Origin: an uncultured Bacilli bacterium
Lineage (GTDB): Bacteria > Bacillota_I > Bacilli_A > RF39 > UBA660
DNA length: 63,747 bases
Direction: 5' to 3'
Assembly: GCA_947624515.1 (NCBI GenBank)
Contig: CANQKN010000002.1
Coordinates: 1 to 63,747 of the forward strand
Both the position numbers and the translations under genes were made by a program. Below are positions 1-9,992 of this stretch, piece after piece (the stretch's first letter is position 1; every line of letters starts with the position of its first letter). Under the pieces are notes generated by a model. It had not been told where the DNA came from. It was given only the letters and a program-made list of their open reading frames with translations, and made no database searches.

Positions 1-61
1 ATAAAAAAATATAAATAGAAAGGAATCAATCAATACGAAATTAATTAATATTTCTATAAGA

Positions 62-994
62 TTGATTATACGTGATTCTATGAAAAAAGTACTTTGCATG
101 ATAATCGTGATAATGATATTTGTCTTTTGTGCAACCAATAAAGAAAAAATTAATTCTTATTTAATTGTCCATTTTACAGATATAGAACAGAAGCCCACAA
201 CACTAGAAAATAATCAATATGCAAAATCAGAACAATTTTACTATGTACAATTAACCGATTCTTTTGTTCCTCAAAATCAAAAAGATATTATTAATATTTA
301 CTATACTGTATTAAATTCAGGTATGAATGATTTTACATTTTATTGCCCTGAATCCTATCAAAATTGTATTGAAGATGTGAAATATATTTCAAATAATCAA
401 ACTCTTTTATCCAACATAAATAATTTTGTCCCTGTTTACAATATTTTCCAAACTTTAGATACTGAATTTAATAATTTAGGAAAAGTAACGATTCATATCA
501 CACACACATATGAGCCAGAGCAAATTGAGTTATTAGAAACTACAGTTACTAATATCATAAATCAAGTAATTACTGAAAATATGAGTATAGAAGAACAAAT
601 CAAAGCAATCCATGATTATATTATTAATCACACAAAATATGATATCAACCGTAGTGATAATAAAGTAACTACTTATCATTCTGATACTGCTTATGGTACT
701 TTAATTGAACATTATGGTATCTGTGGAGGCTATGCAGACAGTATGAAATTATTTCTAGATTATTTAAAAATTCCAAATTATAAAATATCCAGTGAAAATC
801 ATGTATGGAATTTAGTTTATTTAAATGATCAATGGTATCATTTAGATCTAACTTGGGATGATCCTGTTACTTCTACGGGAGAAGATGTATTAGAATATGA
901 TTATTTTTTAATCACAAGTAAAGAATTACAGGAATTAGAAACTGATCAACATGTTTTTGATGTCAGTATCTATCAAGAAGCAAATAGTAACTAA
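62..994 (+). CDS. transglutaminase-like domain protein, N-terminally membrane-anchored
   Basis: 310-aa ORF with hydrophobic N-terminus. GICGGYADSMKLF ... HVWNLVYL ... YHLDLTWDD fits the Cys/His/Asp transglutaminase-like core. ATG at 80 is an alternative start. Confidence 0.7.
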   Translation: MIIRDSMKKVLCMIIVIMIFVFCATNKEKINSYLIVHFTDIEQKPTTLENNQYAKSEQFYYVQLTDSFVPQNQKDIINIYYTVLNSGMNDFTFYCPESYQNCIEDVKYISNNQTLLSNINNFVPVYNIFQTLDTEFNNLGKVTIHITHTYEPEQIELLETTVTNIINQVITENMSIEEQIKAIHDYIINHTKYDINRSDNKVTTYHSDTAYGTLIEHYGICGGYADSMKLFLDYLKIPNYKISSENHVWNLVYLNDQWYHLDLTWDDPVTSTGEDVLEYDYFLITSKELQELETDQHVFDVSIYQEANSN

Positions 995-999
995 TATAA

Positions 1000-1884
1000 T
1001 TAGTTACTATTTATATAAATATCAATATCATGAATAATAAGTTGAATTGTTTTAGAAAAACAATCATAATCTGTTTGATACCAATGAATATCTGAAAACT
1101 GATTGCGAAAAAAAGTATATTGTCTTTTGGCATAATGACGGGAATTTTTTTTAATCATCGCAATTGCCTCTTCTAAAGGAATATCTCCTTTAAAATATGG
1201 ATATAATTCTTTATAACCAATTCCTGTTTGAATAGCTTTAGTATCAATATTTTGACGATATAAAGATTCTACTTCTTTTAGTAATCCTTGCTGGAACATA
1301 GAATCTACTCTTTCGTTGATTTTTTGATATAAAGTAGTTCGATCTGTTGTTAAACCAATCATATAAAACTGATATAAAGGTTGATCTTTATTTTGAAAAG
1401 GAACAATATTTTGTTCATATTTATTTAGTAATCTAATTAATCGTTTTCGGTTATGAACATGAACATCGCAAGTGGAATCATATTTTTTGATAGCATCTAA
1501 AATTTCTTGATTAGATAAATGAGAATAAGTTTTTAAAGACTTTTCTTTTTCAAAACGATAATCATATAAAGCTGCTTTTATATAAAGACCTGTTCCTCCT
1601 ACAATAATAATATTTTTTTCTTGTTGCTGTAACTCTTCTATTTTTTTACGGCAATCTCTTTGATAATCGTAAACTGTATAAATATCTTCCATTTCAGCAA
1701 TATCAAACAAATGATGAGGAACCGCTTCTTTCTCATTTTCTTTTACTTTGGCAGTCCCAATATCCAATCCTTTATAAACTTGCATAGAATCAGCGTTAAT
1801 AATTTCTGCCTGATATTTTTTTGCAAGTTCAATACTCAATTTCGTTTTTCCAACTCCAGTTGGTCCAACAATAACCAAAATCAC
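1000..1884 (-). CDS. miaA: tRNA dimethylallyltransferase
   Basis: 294 aa; P-loop GPTGVGKT, INADSMQVYKGLDIGTAK, MiaA-like layout. GTG start overlaps the upstream stop (GTGA). Confidence 0.93.
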   Translation of the reverse strand: MILVIVGPTGVGKTKLSIELAKKYQAEIINADSMQVYKGLDIGTAKVKENEKEAVPHHLFDIAEMEDIYTVYDYQRDCRKKIEELQQQEKNIIIVGGTGLYIKAALYDYRFEKEKSLKTYSHLSNQEILDAIKKYDSTCDVHVHNRKRLIRLLNKYEQNIVPFQNKDQPLYQFYMIGLTTDRTTLYQKINERVDSMFQQGLLKEVESLYRQNIDTKAIQTGIGYKELYPYFKGDIPLEEAIAMIKKNSRHYAKRQYTFFRNQFSDIHWYQTDYDCFSKTIQLIIHDIDIYINSN

Positions 1885-2459
1885 AGACTATCACTCCTAT
1901 AGTATAAAATAGAAGCTTTATCACGATGGTTTTTATGCTGAAATTGTTTATATGGAATATGTCTCTTCCTTAAAATCTTTTCAAAATCATTCATTCGCTT
2001 TTCATTTTCTTTATAGAAAATGGAATCTGGATGATCACATACTCCCACTACAAAACTTCCATGTCCAACTAATTTTAAAGCAATTGTTTCTGTATCTCGA
2101 AAAAAGCCATTACTAATGTAACAAGTTGGACAAACCAAGGAATCTAAAAAGTCACAAGAACATTGAATCGTTCCATAACTAGTTTTAATTAAGGTAGTAT
2201 CTTTTGTATCTAAATAAAAAGAAACACTATTAATATCGTGACTAAAGACCGTTTCGATTAAATGATCTTTTGATTTGACTAAACGATATCTTTGAATTAA
2301 TTTTGCTAAATTTTGATTATTTTTCTCTTGTTTATGAAGAAATAAACGATAATTATCAAAATTGGGATACCAATTACCTTTTTCATATAGTTTGATCAAA
2401 TGTGAATCTTGCATAATCTCTAAAATATATCTAGTCATTAATACATCCATTTTTCTCAT
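1881..2459 (-). CDS. hypothetical Cys/His-containing protein between mutL and miaA
   Basis: 192-aa ORF. GGAGAA SD lies directly after the mutL stop, and the stop overlaps the miaA start. Motifs CSCDF-x6-CPTC and GVCDHPD; no family recognised. Confidence 0.55.
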   Translation of the reverse strand: MRKMDVLMTRYILEIMQDSHLIKLYEKGNWYPNFDNYRLFLHKQEKNNQNLAKLIQRYRLVKSKDHLIETVFSHDINSVSFYLDTKDTTLIKTSYGTIQCSCDFLDSLVCPTCYISNGFFRDTETIALKLVGHGSFVVGVCDHPDSIFYKENEKRMNDFEKILRKRHIPYKQFQHKNHRDKASILYYRSDSL

Positions 2460-2465
2460 TTCTCC

Positions 2466-4262
2466 TTAACTCATAGCTCGTTTAAATAATTTTTCCAAAT
2501 CATATTTGGAATAAGTAATAATTGTTGGTCTACCATGTGGACAAGTAAAGGGATTCTCACAAGATCTTAATCGATCCAGTAAGACTTCCATATCTGCTAG
2601 CATAATATGATCATTTGCTTTGATACTCGCCTTACAAGCAACAGTTGCTGCAATATGATCTAAGAATCGATCTAATTGAAAATCTTCTTTAGAAACAATA
2701 ATATCGATAATATGGCGAAGTGCCTGTTCCGTATTTGATTTGGTAAGCCAAATAGGAATACTACGAATTACTAAAGTCTGAAAGCCAAATTCTTCATAAC
2801 CAATTCCTAAATCATCCAGTAAATTAAAATTTTCTTTTAAAATAATATATTCATTACTTGGAAATTCTAAAGTAATGGGTACTAGTAAATCAATAATCTC
2901 AGGTTTAGGATTACTCATTTCCTTTAAATAATATTCATAATTAATTCTTTCATTAGCAGCATGTTGATCAATCAAGTACATTCCATCTTCATTTTCAGCA
3001 ACAATATAAGTTGCATGAACAAGTCCTACTGGATACATTTTTTTGATTCGTTCTTTCGTAGAATCTGTTGTTTCCACCATACTTGTAGAAGAGGTTTCTT
3101 TTTGATAGGGAATTTCTTTTTCTTTGACATCAAAATTTAAGGTCATTTTTTCAAATTCTTGGAATTCTTCAACTTTTTTGAACTCATTAAACTCTTCAAA
3201 TTTATTAGGAGTATATACAGTAGAAATTCTAGTTTTATTTTCATCCACTATGGTTTCTAAAGCAGCATCCGGTATTAATGTTAAAGTTTCTAATTTATCT
3301 GTAATAACTGTTGTTATTAAATCCTTTAAAGTATCGATTTTGGAAAACTTAACATTCATTTTAGTTGGATGTACATTAACATCAACCAAAATAGGATCCA
3401 CTTTAATTTTTAAGACAACAATTGGATATTTATCTTGTGGAATATAAGTATGGTAACTATCTGTAATATAACGAATAATATCCGTATTGTGAATTACTCT
3501 ACCATTTACTAAAAGAGTAATAGCATTTTTATTACTTTTTTGCAGTTCTGGATAAGAAATATATCCTTCTAATTGATAATCTTCATTTTCTCCCTTGATT
3601 TCAATCATCTTTTTTGTAACAGATAATCCATAGATATCATTAATAACTTTTAAAAGTCGATTACTACCATCCGTTTTTAAAAGTACCTTATCATTATTTG
3701 TTAATAAAAAACGAATATTGGGATAACTGAAAGCCATTTTATTGACATAATCTGTAATATAGGAAAGCTCAGTATATAGATTTTTTAAATATTTTAATCG
3801 TACTGGTGTATTATAAAATAAGTTTTTTACAGTAATGGTGGTTCCTTGGGTTAAATCACTGGAATTTACCGAAATTAATTTACCTCCATGAATTTCTACT
3901 TCAGTTCCTGTTTCTCCATTACAGGTTTTTAAAGTAACATTGGATACACTGGCAATGGAAGGTAAGGCTTCACCACGAAAACCTAAACTATGAATATGAA
4001 ATAAATCTTTTTCGTTAGTAAGTTTACTAGTCGCATGTCTGGAAAAGGCAAGAACAGCATCTTCTTTGTCCATTCCGATTCCATTATCCGTTACTTTTAT
4101 TTCTTTGACACCAGAATCCTGTAATCCTATTTTAATTTCGGTACTTTGAGCATCAATAGCATTTTCAACTAGTTCTTTTACTACATTCATGCATTTTTCA
4201 ACAACTTCGCCTGCTGCAATTTTATTAGCTAGTACCTCATCCATAATTTGAATTTTACTCAT
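2466..4262 (-). CDS. mutL: DNA mismatch repair protein MutL
   Basis: 598 aa; GHKL ATPase motifs ANKIAAGEVVE, ELVENAIDA, TDNGIGM, LGFRGEAL. C-terminal DQHAANERINYE and CPHGRP. Confidence 0.95.
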   Translation of the reverse strand: MSKIQIMDEVLANKIAAGEVVEKCMNVVKELVENAIDAQSTEIKIGLQDSGVKEIKVTDNGIGMDKEDAVLAFSRHATSKLTNEKDLFHIHSLGFRGEALPSIASVSNVTLKTCNGETGTEVEIHGGKLISVNSSDLTQGTTITVKNLFYNTPVRLKYLKNLYTELSYITDYVNKMAFSYPNIRFLLTNNDKVLLKTDGSNRLLKVINDIYGLSVTKKMIEIKGENEDYQLEGYISYPELQKSNKNAITLLVNGRVIHNTDIIRYITDSYHTYIPQDKYPIVVLKIKVDPILVDVNVHPTKMNVKFSKIDTLKDLITTVITDKLETLTLIPDAALETIVDENKTRISTVYTPNKFEEFNEFKKVEEFQEFEKMTLNFDVKEKEIPYQKETSSTSMVETTDSTKERIKKMYPVGLVHATYIVAENEDGMYLIDQHAANERINYEYYLKEMSNPKPEIIDLLVPITLEFPSNEYIILKENFNLLDDLGIGYEEFGFQTLVIRSIPIWLTKSNTEQALRHIIDIIVSKEDFQLDRFLDHIAATVACKASIKANDHIMLADMEVLLDRLRSCENPFTCPHGRPTIITYSKYDLEKLFKRAMS

Positions 4263-4321
4263 ACAACCACCTACTTACAATCTTATTATAAACTAAAAAT
4301 AGAATTTTGAATAGAATGAAT

Positions 4322-4348
4322 AATAAAAAAGACTTGTGAAAAAAGTCT
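4322..4348 (-). terminator. intrinsic terminator after the 116-aa ORF
   Basis: On minus strand AGACTT-TTTTCAC-AAGTCT followed by TTTTTATT; overlaps the stop codon. Confidence 0.5.
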
Positions 4349-4697
4349 AGTTTATCTTAAGTATTTTTTGAGATGAATGGGAAGAATTCTCTTTTTGAAT
4401 CCATTCAAAAAATTGATGTCCTGTAATTTCTTGCTCTCCTATCTCATCTTTTAACTCATGAACATTAATTAAAAAAGGAATTCCCTCGTCATTTTTAGTA
4501 ATCTCATAAGTTCCTACTAAAACTTTAAATTCACCAGGATAAGCAATATAAGAAGGTTGCTGAAAAAAATATTTTTTCTGTTCAATAACTCCATATCTAA
4601 TTTTAGAAATTCTTGCAACTCCTTCTTGTACTAAAAATAAATTTCCAAAACATATTTTAGAAGAAGAAATGGTTTCTATTTCTTTTTTCTTCATCAT
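4347..4697 (-). CDS. hypothetical protein
   Basis: 116-aa ORF in a gene-sized gap, same strand as neighbours; no motif recognised. Confidence 0.45.
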   Translation of the reverse strand: MMKKKEIETISSSKICFGNLFLVQEGVARISKIRYGVIEQKKYFFQQPSYIAYPGEFKVLVGTYEITKNDEGIPFLINVHELKDEIGEQEITGHQFFEWIQKENSSHSSQKILKIN

Positions 4698-4724
4698 ACA
4701 TCACTTCTTTTTTCGTTTATCATA

Positions 4725-6503
4725 CTACAAATTTTTTAGAAAGTCCATAAATTTTAAAGCAATATCATGAGTAAGTATCGTTTCTAATTCTTCCAAAGTT
4801 GCTTCTTTTAATTTTTTTAAGGAACCAAACTTTTTCAATAATTCTTTTCTTCTTACTTCCCCAATCCCAGGAGCCATATCTAGTAAAGATGCTAGAGTAC
4901 CTTTTTGTTTAATATTACGATGATAACTAATTGCGTAATGATGAACTTCATCTTGAATACGATTTAAAAATAAGAATAAATTACTATCTTTGGCCATAGG
5001 AATACTTTCTAAATTTTCATTTACTAGCATATTGGTTTGATGCTTATCGTTTTTCTTTAATCCACATATTGGAATCGATAAATTTAAACTATCAATCACT
5101 TCTTTGGCAACTGATATTTGTAATTCGCCACCATCTACTAAAATTAAATCTGGTGCTTTTACTTCTTCCATTAATACTTTATAATATCTACGATAAAGTA
5201 CTTCCTTCATAGCCGACAAATCATCTTTAACATCCGTTGAAATTTTAAATTTACGATATTCATTCTTGTTGGGTAAAAATTGATCAAAAACAACCATTCC
5301 TCCTACATAGAAAGTTCCAAATAAATGAGAATTATCAAAAGCTTCAATACGCTCTAATTTTTCTAAATGTAAGAGTTGTTTTAATTCTTCCTGAGCAGAT
5401 AAGCGATTTTCTTCATCTGTTTTGATCGTTTCATACTTTTCTTGTAATAAGATCTGGGCATTTTCACAAGCAAGAGTAATTAATTTTTTAATATCTCCCC
5501 TACTTGGTGAATGGACTTTGATATTTAAATATTTACTTAAGTTTTCTTTTTCAATAGTATCTGGCACAATAATTTCTTTTGGTAATAAATTATTCTTATC
5601 ATAAAATTCAATAATATAACGAACTAATTCTTCACTTGCATCTTCTACTGTTGTAAAGATATCACTATGTTTTCCAAAAAGTAGACCTTCCCTAATATAA
5701 AAAGTCACAATGGATAAATAATTATGATCTTGATAGAAACCAAATACATCAAAATTATAATTTTTATTTAGATCTATCTTTTGTTTCGTAAGAGTAATAT
5801 CAATATCTTTTAACATTTCTTTTAACTCTAATGCCTTTTCAAAGTTCAAATTATCACTTGCTTTTTGCATTTCTTCTTTTAATTTCAATACTACTTGCTC
5901 ACTATTTCCTTTTAAGAAAGAAATAATTTCTTCCATCATTTGACTCTGTTTTTCGAAATCAACTTCTTTTTGACAATAACCTAAACATTCACCAATGTGG
6001 TAATATAAACAAACTTCTTTTTTTAATGTTTCACATTTTCTAAGAGGATAAATACGATTAATCATATTAACTGTTTTTCTAGCAGCAGTAACATTTGGAT
6101 AAGGACCAAATAATCTACTCTTATGCTTTTTTCGATTAATATTACGAACAATTCTAAGTCTTGGATATTTTTCATTTGTAAGTTCAATATAAGGATAACT
6201 TTTATCATCTTTTAATAAAATATTATATTTAGGATTATATTTTTTAATCAGTGTAATTTCTAGTATTAAAGACTCTAATTCACTAGAAGTTACAATGTAT
6301 TCAAAGTCAGCAATATCATTTACTAGCATAGCCGTTTTACCAGAATGATTTCCTGTAAAATAACTTTTAACACGATTAAATAAATTTTTGGCTTTTCCAA
6401 CATAAATAATCACACCATCTTTATTTTTCATTTGATAGCTACCTGGTAATTTTGGTACTAATTTTAGTTTTTCTTTAATGTGATTTTTGATTTCTTGTGT
6501 CAT
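4725..6503 (-). CDS. uvrC: excinuclease ABC subunit C
   Basis: 592 aa; GIY-YIG N-terminus (GSYQMKNKDGVIIYVGKAKNLFNRVKSY), central UvrC domains, C-terminal helix-hairpin-helix region (GIGEVRRKELLKKFGS). Confidence 0.95.
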   Translation of the reverse strand: MTQEIKNHIKEKLKLVPKLPGSYQMKNKDGVIIYVGKAKNLFNRVKSYFTGNHSGKTAMLVNDIADFEYIVTSSELESLILEITLIKKYNPKYNILLKDDKSYPYIELTNEKYPRLRIVRNINRKKHKSRLFGPYPNVTAARKTVNMINRIYPLRKCETLKKEVCLYYHIGECLGYCQKEVDFEKQSQMMEEIISFLKGNSEQVVLKLKEEMQKASDNLNFEKALELKEMLKDIDITLTKQKIDLNKNYNFDVFGFYQDHNYLSIVTFYIREGLLFGKHSDIFTTVEDASEELVRYIIEFYDKNNLLPKEIIVPDTIEKENLSKYLNIKVHSPSRGDIKKLITLACENAQILLQEKYETIKTDEENRLSAQEELKQLLHLEKLERIEAFDNSHLFGTFYVGGMVVFDQFLPNKNEYRKFKISTDVKDDLSAMKEVLYRRYYKVLMEEVKAPDLILVDGGELQISVAKEVIDSLNLSIPICGLKKNDKHQTNMLVNENLESIPMAKDSNLFLFLNRIQDEVHHYAISYHRNIKQKGTLASLLDMAPGIGEVRRKELLKKFGSLKKLKEATLEELETILTHDIALKFMDFLKNL

Positions 6504-6515
6504 AATAACCCTCTT

Positions 6516-7496
6516 TTATATCTTTTTAAATTTTCTATGTTCCAAAGTATTAATCTGAACTTGTTTTCCAAATTTCAAAGTAGAAACAACTTCATCTATT
6601 TTTTCTGTAATTATTTGTGATGTATCATAATAAATTGAAGAAATTGATTCGATATTAATAATATCAATGTATTCTTTATCACTTAATAGACTAGATAAAG
6701 ACTCTATCACAAGTTGTTCTAATAAAAAGTAGTCAGTATCTGAATTGGAAGAAATACGATTCAGTAAAGAAGAAATATAATCTACAATAAAATTATCTAA
6801 TAGTTTCATATATTTTTCTACTGGAATTCCTAGTGTTTGAATAGAAATATTATCTACCAAGGAAATATTATCCATAGATGTAAAATCTGGTTGTAAATAA
6901 AAGAAACGATATTCTAAAGAAGAAGATAATAATAGTAAACAATATTTCCAATGAAGTAGTAATGCTTTGATTTCTATATATTTTTCTTGTTTGATTTTAT
7001 TTTCTAAAAAATAAAAAAATACATTTATAAAATCTTGGCTAATACAGTGATTAATGGAATTAGCATCAACCTCATTTTTTGTTTGATAAGAAGAATCGTC
7101 AAAAAGTACTTCTAAAATAGAGAGAATGTGATCAGATAAATTATTTTTAATCTTAGGACAAGTCGAAAATAACGGTTGATCATTAAAATCTAATATCATT
7201 CTTTTTAATATTAAATATTGACTAGGAACATTTAATAAGTGAATAAAAGAAATATTAGAAAATAAATTTGGATTTAGCGATTTTAAATTATCCAGAAATT
7301 CTTCTTTCATAGAAGTAGATAATAGACAATTCTTCTTATGAATATATTCACATGTCTTTTTATATAAACCAAAATAAGTAAAATATTCTTTACTTTGTAC
7401 CTGATCAGTTAATTCTAAATATTCCATTTTTTCTAATAAGTTATATTTGCTTTTTGTTAGTTCCAGTATAGATAATATTTCATTCATCACAATCAC
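6516..7496 (-). CDS. hypothetical protein
   Basis: 326-aa ORF immediately upstream of uvrC on the same strand; predicted helical, no motif recognised. Confidence 0.5.
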   Translation of the reverse strand: MIVMNEILSILELTKSKYNLLEKMEYLELTDQVQSKEYFTYFGLYKKTCEYIHKKNCLLSTSMKEEFLDNLKSLNPNLFSNISFIHLLNVPSQYLILKRMILDFNDQPLFSTCPKIKNNLSDHILSILEVLFDDSSYQTKNEVDANSINHCISQDFINVFFYFLENKIKQEKYIEIKALLLHWKYCLLLLSSSLEYRFFYLQPDFTSMDNISLVDNISIQTLGIPVEKYMKLLDNFIVDYISSLLNRISSNSDTDYFLLEQLVIESLSSLLSDKEYIDIINIESISSIYYDTSQIITEKIDEVVSTLKFGKQVQINTLEHRKFKKI

Positions 7497-7567
7497 CTTT
7501 TTAATATTGTCTATTATACCTCATTTCTTTTTCTTTTACAAATAGTTTTCCATATTATATAATAAAT

Positions 7568-8155
7568 ATGGTGAAATGTATGTACACGATTTTAAAAAAT
7601 TCTATTGATCAATATGAAATACAAAAATCAAAATTTATCACACTATTATATAAAGTAGATAATTTAGAAGAAATTAATGATTATCTTGAACAAGCAAAGA
7701 TATTATATAAAGATGCTACTCACTATTGTTTTGCTTATAAATTAGATGGAATACAAAAATTTAGTGATGATCAAGAACCAAGTGGAACAGCAGGGCTTCC
7801 AATGATGGAAATATTAAATAAGAAAGAATTAACTAATATTCTTTGTATTGTAGTAAGATATTTTGGAGGAATTAAATTAGGAACAGGTGGCCTAGCAAGA
7901 GCTTATTCAAAAGCTGTAAAAGATGCTTTGCAAAAAAATGAAATCATAGAATTAATAAAAGGTTATCGAGTAAGAATTGAAACTACTTATGAAAAACAAA
8001 AAGAATTGGATTATCTATTTTCAAATCAAATCAAGGAAAAGAAATTTTTAGAACATGTTATTTATCAAATAGATATTTTAGAAGAACAATTAAACTTAAT
8101 CAAAAATTACCATTATGAAATCATAGAAGAAAAAATGATTGAAAAAATCTCATAA
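7568..8155 (+). CDS. YigZ / IMPACT family protein
   Basis: 195 aa; HYCFAYKL, DDQEPSGTAGLPMMEIL, VVRYFGGIKLGTGGLARAYS are hallmark UPF0029/YigZ motifs. Confidence 0.85.
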   Translation: MVKCMYTILKNSIDQYEIQKSKFITLLYKVDNLEEINDYLEQAKILYKDATHYCFAYKLDGIQKFSDDQEPSGTAGLPMMEILNKKELTNILCIVVRYFGGIKLGTGGLARAYSKAVKDALQKNEIIELIKGYRVRIETTYEKQKELDYLFSNQIKEKKFLEHVIYQIDILEEQLNLIKNYHYEIIEEKMIEKIS

Positions 8156-8157
8156 AA

Positions 8158-8196
8158 ATATACAGCTTTTTTTAATATAAAGCTGTATATTTTTTA
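8158..8196. terminator. bidirectional intrinsic terminator
   Basis: 12-bp perfect stem ATATACAGCTTT / AAAGCTGTATAT with 9-nt loop, A-run before and T-run after; sits between convergent genes. Confidence 0.7.
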
Positions 8197-8208
8197 TAAA
8201 TAATAAAA

Positions 8209-9891
8209 TTATGATTCTGGTAATGTAATTAAATCTCCTTTTTGAAAATGAAAAGCCTTAGTAAATGAATCAATAGCTAATAATTGATCTAATATATCTT
8301 CCATTTCTTCTGTATAATTAATAGTAATCATAGAACCAGGTTCTGTTGCAGCACCAGCAATAATGTTCATCAAGGAACTTCTATCTAGAGAAATTACATT
8401 TAAAGTAGTAATTAAATTTTTACAGTTATAAAAAGGTGAACTAGTAGAAGAAGATATATTTGTATATTTTGGAAAATATAGTTGATCTATTGCCAAATTT
8501 CTCAAATTAGTACATCCACTAAACATTAAATTCATATTAGTAATTTGAGAAGTATTCCATCCATTTAGATCTAATGTTTCTAAACTAGTGCAATCTTGAA
8601 ACATTGAACCCGTAGTTGTTAAAGAAGTTGTATTCCAATCCCTAATCTTTAAATCATGAAGATTTGTACAATTCAGAAACATTTGTACTGTAAAAACTAA
8701 AGCAGAAGGTTTCCAATTATTTAAATCTAAGGTCTCTAAATTAGTACAATTTTCAAACATTTCCTGCATGGTTGTTACACTCGATACATCCCAATTATTT
8801 ATTTTTAAATCTGTTAAATTAGTACATCCACTAAACATTGCAGTCATATCAGTTACTTGAGACGTATCCCAACTATTTAAATCTAAGGTTGTTAAATTCT
8901 TACAGCTACTAAACATTCCTTTCATATTGGTTACTTGAGACGTATCAAAATTTTCAAGTCCTTCAATTGAAGTTAAATTGGAAAAACTAGAAAATAAGAC
9001 TGCACTATCACTATTAGCTACTACTTTACCATCTGCTTGTATATATAAAGTTTTATCAGTAGGATCATAATATTCTATAACCCCTCCTTGTTGTGTTTCT
9101 GATATATCCTTATATTCTAAACCATCTTTTGGATTTAATTGATCTTCAATCACGATTTTGGTAATATCCTGATTTGATACTATAAAGTCGCCAGCATTAA
9201 GCCCTCTTAATTTTTTTAACACATTATTAGGATTAATTTCTTTTGATCCTGTTTCTTCTGTTATGATTTCAGCATTGGCATAGACATTAACTGTTACTTT
9301 AAATGTTTGATTATTCATATCTCCATCTGAAAAATCTGTTTGATCATCAATCCACATTCTTAACCTGTAATTTTGTTCATATTGGGTAGAATTGGCTGGT
9401 ACTTCATCCGTATGTATTGTTTTTTCGGTATATTTTGTTTCGTCTATTTTCTTTGTTTGTTTTAATTCACTATATTTCTTTAAGATAACTTTTGTTTCAT
9501 TATTTCCGCCTTGATCTACTTTCGTTAAATATAGTTTTACTGCACTATCATCTTTTAAAGTAGAATCTTTACTTTTCCTAACTGTAATTTCATAAGGAAT
9601 ACTATTACTATTAGAAGTCGTAGAAGTAATCTTAAAGTTAAAAACTTTATCTTCTCCTGTTTGATCCATTCCTTTTGCATCACTCATTGGAAAAGCATCA
9701 GTAATACTAATTCCTTTTCCCACTTTATCTACTTCAGTATACAAGAAAGTAATACTTCCTGTCGTAATTGTATTATCTGTTGTACCTTGCTTATTATAAT
9801 TAAAGAAAGCAAAGGTAATTCCTGTTGTGATAAAGATAATACTAAATATTCCTATAATACTTAATGTCAATTCTCTTTTTTTCATATCCAT
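8209..9891 (-). CDS. BspA-type / DUF285 leucine-rich-repeat surface protein with TasA-like (SipW-type) signal peptide
   Basis: 560 aa. N-terminus has a TM then GITFAFFNY...TGSITF, resembling camelysin/TasA signals. C-terminal half has about 7 repeats of the form LxxWDTSxVTxMxxMFxxCxxLxxLD. Confidence 0.8.
   Translation of the reverse strand: MDMKKRELTLSIIGIFSIIFITTGITFAFFNYNKQGTTDNTITTGSITFLYTEVDKVGKGISITDAFPMSDAKGMDQTGEDKVFNFKITSTTSNSNSIPYEITVRKSKDSTLKDDSAVKLYLTKVDQGGNNETKVILKKYSELKQTKKIDETKYTEKTIHTDEVPANSTQYEQNYRLRMWIDDQTDFSDGDMNNQTFKVTVNVYANAEIITEETGSKEINPNNVLKKLRGLNAGDFIVSNQDITKIVIEDQLNPKDGLEYKDISETQQGGVIEYYDPTDKTLYIQADGKVVANSDSAVLFSSFSNLTSIEGLENFDTSQVTNMKGMFSSCKNLTTLDLNSWDTSQVTDMTAMFSGCTNLTDLKINNWDVSSVTTMQEMFENCTNLETLDLNNWKPSALVFTVQMFLNCTNLHDLKIRDWNTTSLTTTGSMFQDCTSLETLDLNGWNTSQITNMNLMFSGCTNLRNLAIDQLYFPKYTNISSSTSSPFYNCKNLITTLNVISLDRSSLMNIIAGAATEPGSMITINYTEEMEDILDQLLAIDSFTKAFHFQKGDLITLPES
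8454..8994 (-). repeat. tandem coding repeats (about 26-aa LRR units) inside the surface-protein gene
   Basis: Repeated NLT(S/T)L(D/K)LNxW(D/N)TSxVTxMxxMF units read in the translation. Coordinates estimated from residue numbers. Confidence 0.6.
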
Positions 9892-9943
9892 ACCTCTCTA
9901 TTTTATAAATTTATTTTATCTCGGTATCCTTTATTCTGTCAAT

Positions 9944-9987
9944 AAAAAAAGCAAGTTGTTTACGTTAAGTAAATAACTTGTTTTTTT
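9944..9987 (-). terminator. intrinsic terminator after glyQS (bidirectional shape)
   Basis: Minus strand CAAGTTATTTAC-TTAAC-GTAAACAACTTG followed by CTTTTTTT; A-run and T-run on both flanks. Confidence 0.7.
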
Positions 9988-9992
9988 CATTT

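Noticed and set aside
1660-1902. 80-aa plus-strand ORF antisense to miaA
   Set aside because: It lies entirely inside a confidently identified gene on the other strand. The product is low-complexity and Phe/Asn-rich, typical of antisense frames in AT-rich DNA, and there is no SD.
3124-3447. 107-aa ORF antisense to mutL
   Set aside because: Embedded in mutL, with no SD and an implausible Ser/Leu/Phe-rich composition.
5422-5604. 60-aa ORF antisense to uvrC
   Set aside because: Embedded antisense ORF with no start signals.
9661-9864. 67-aa ORF antisense to the LRR surface-protein gene
   Set aside because: Embedded antisense ORF; the opposite frame carries clear protein motifs.
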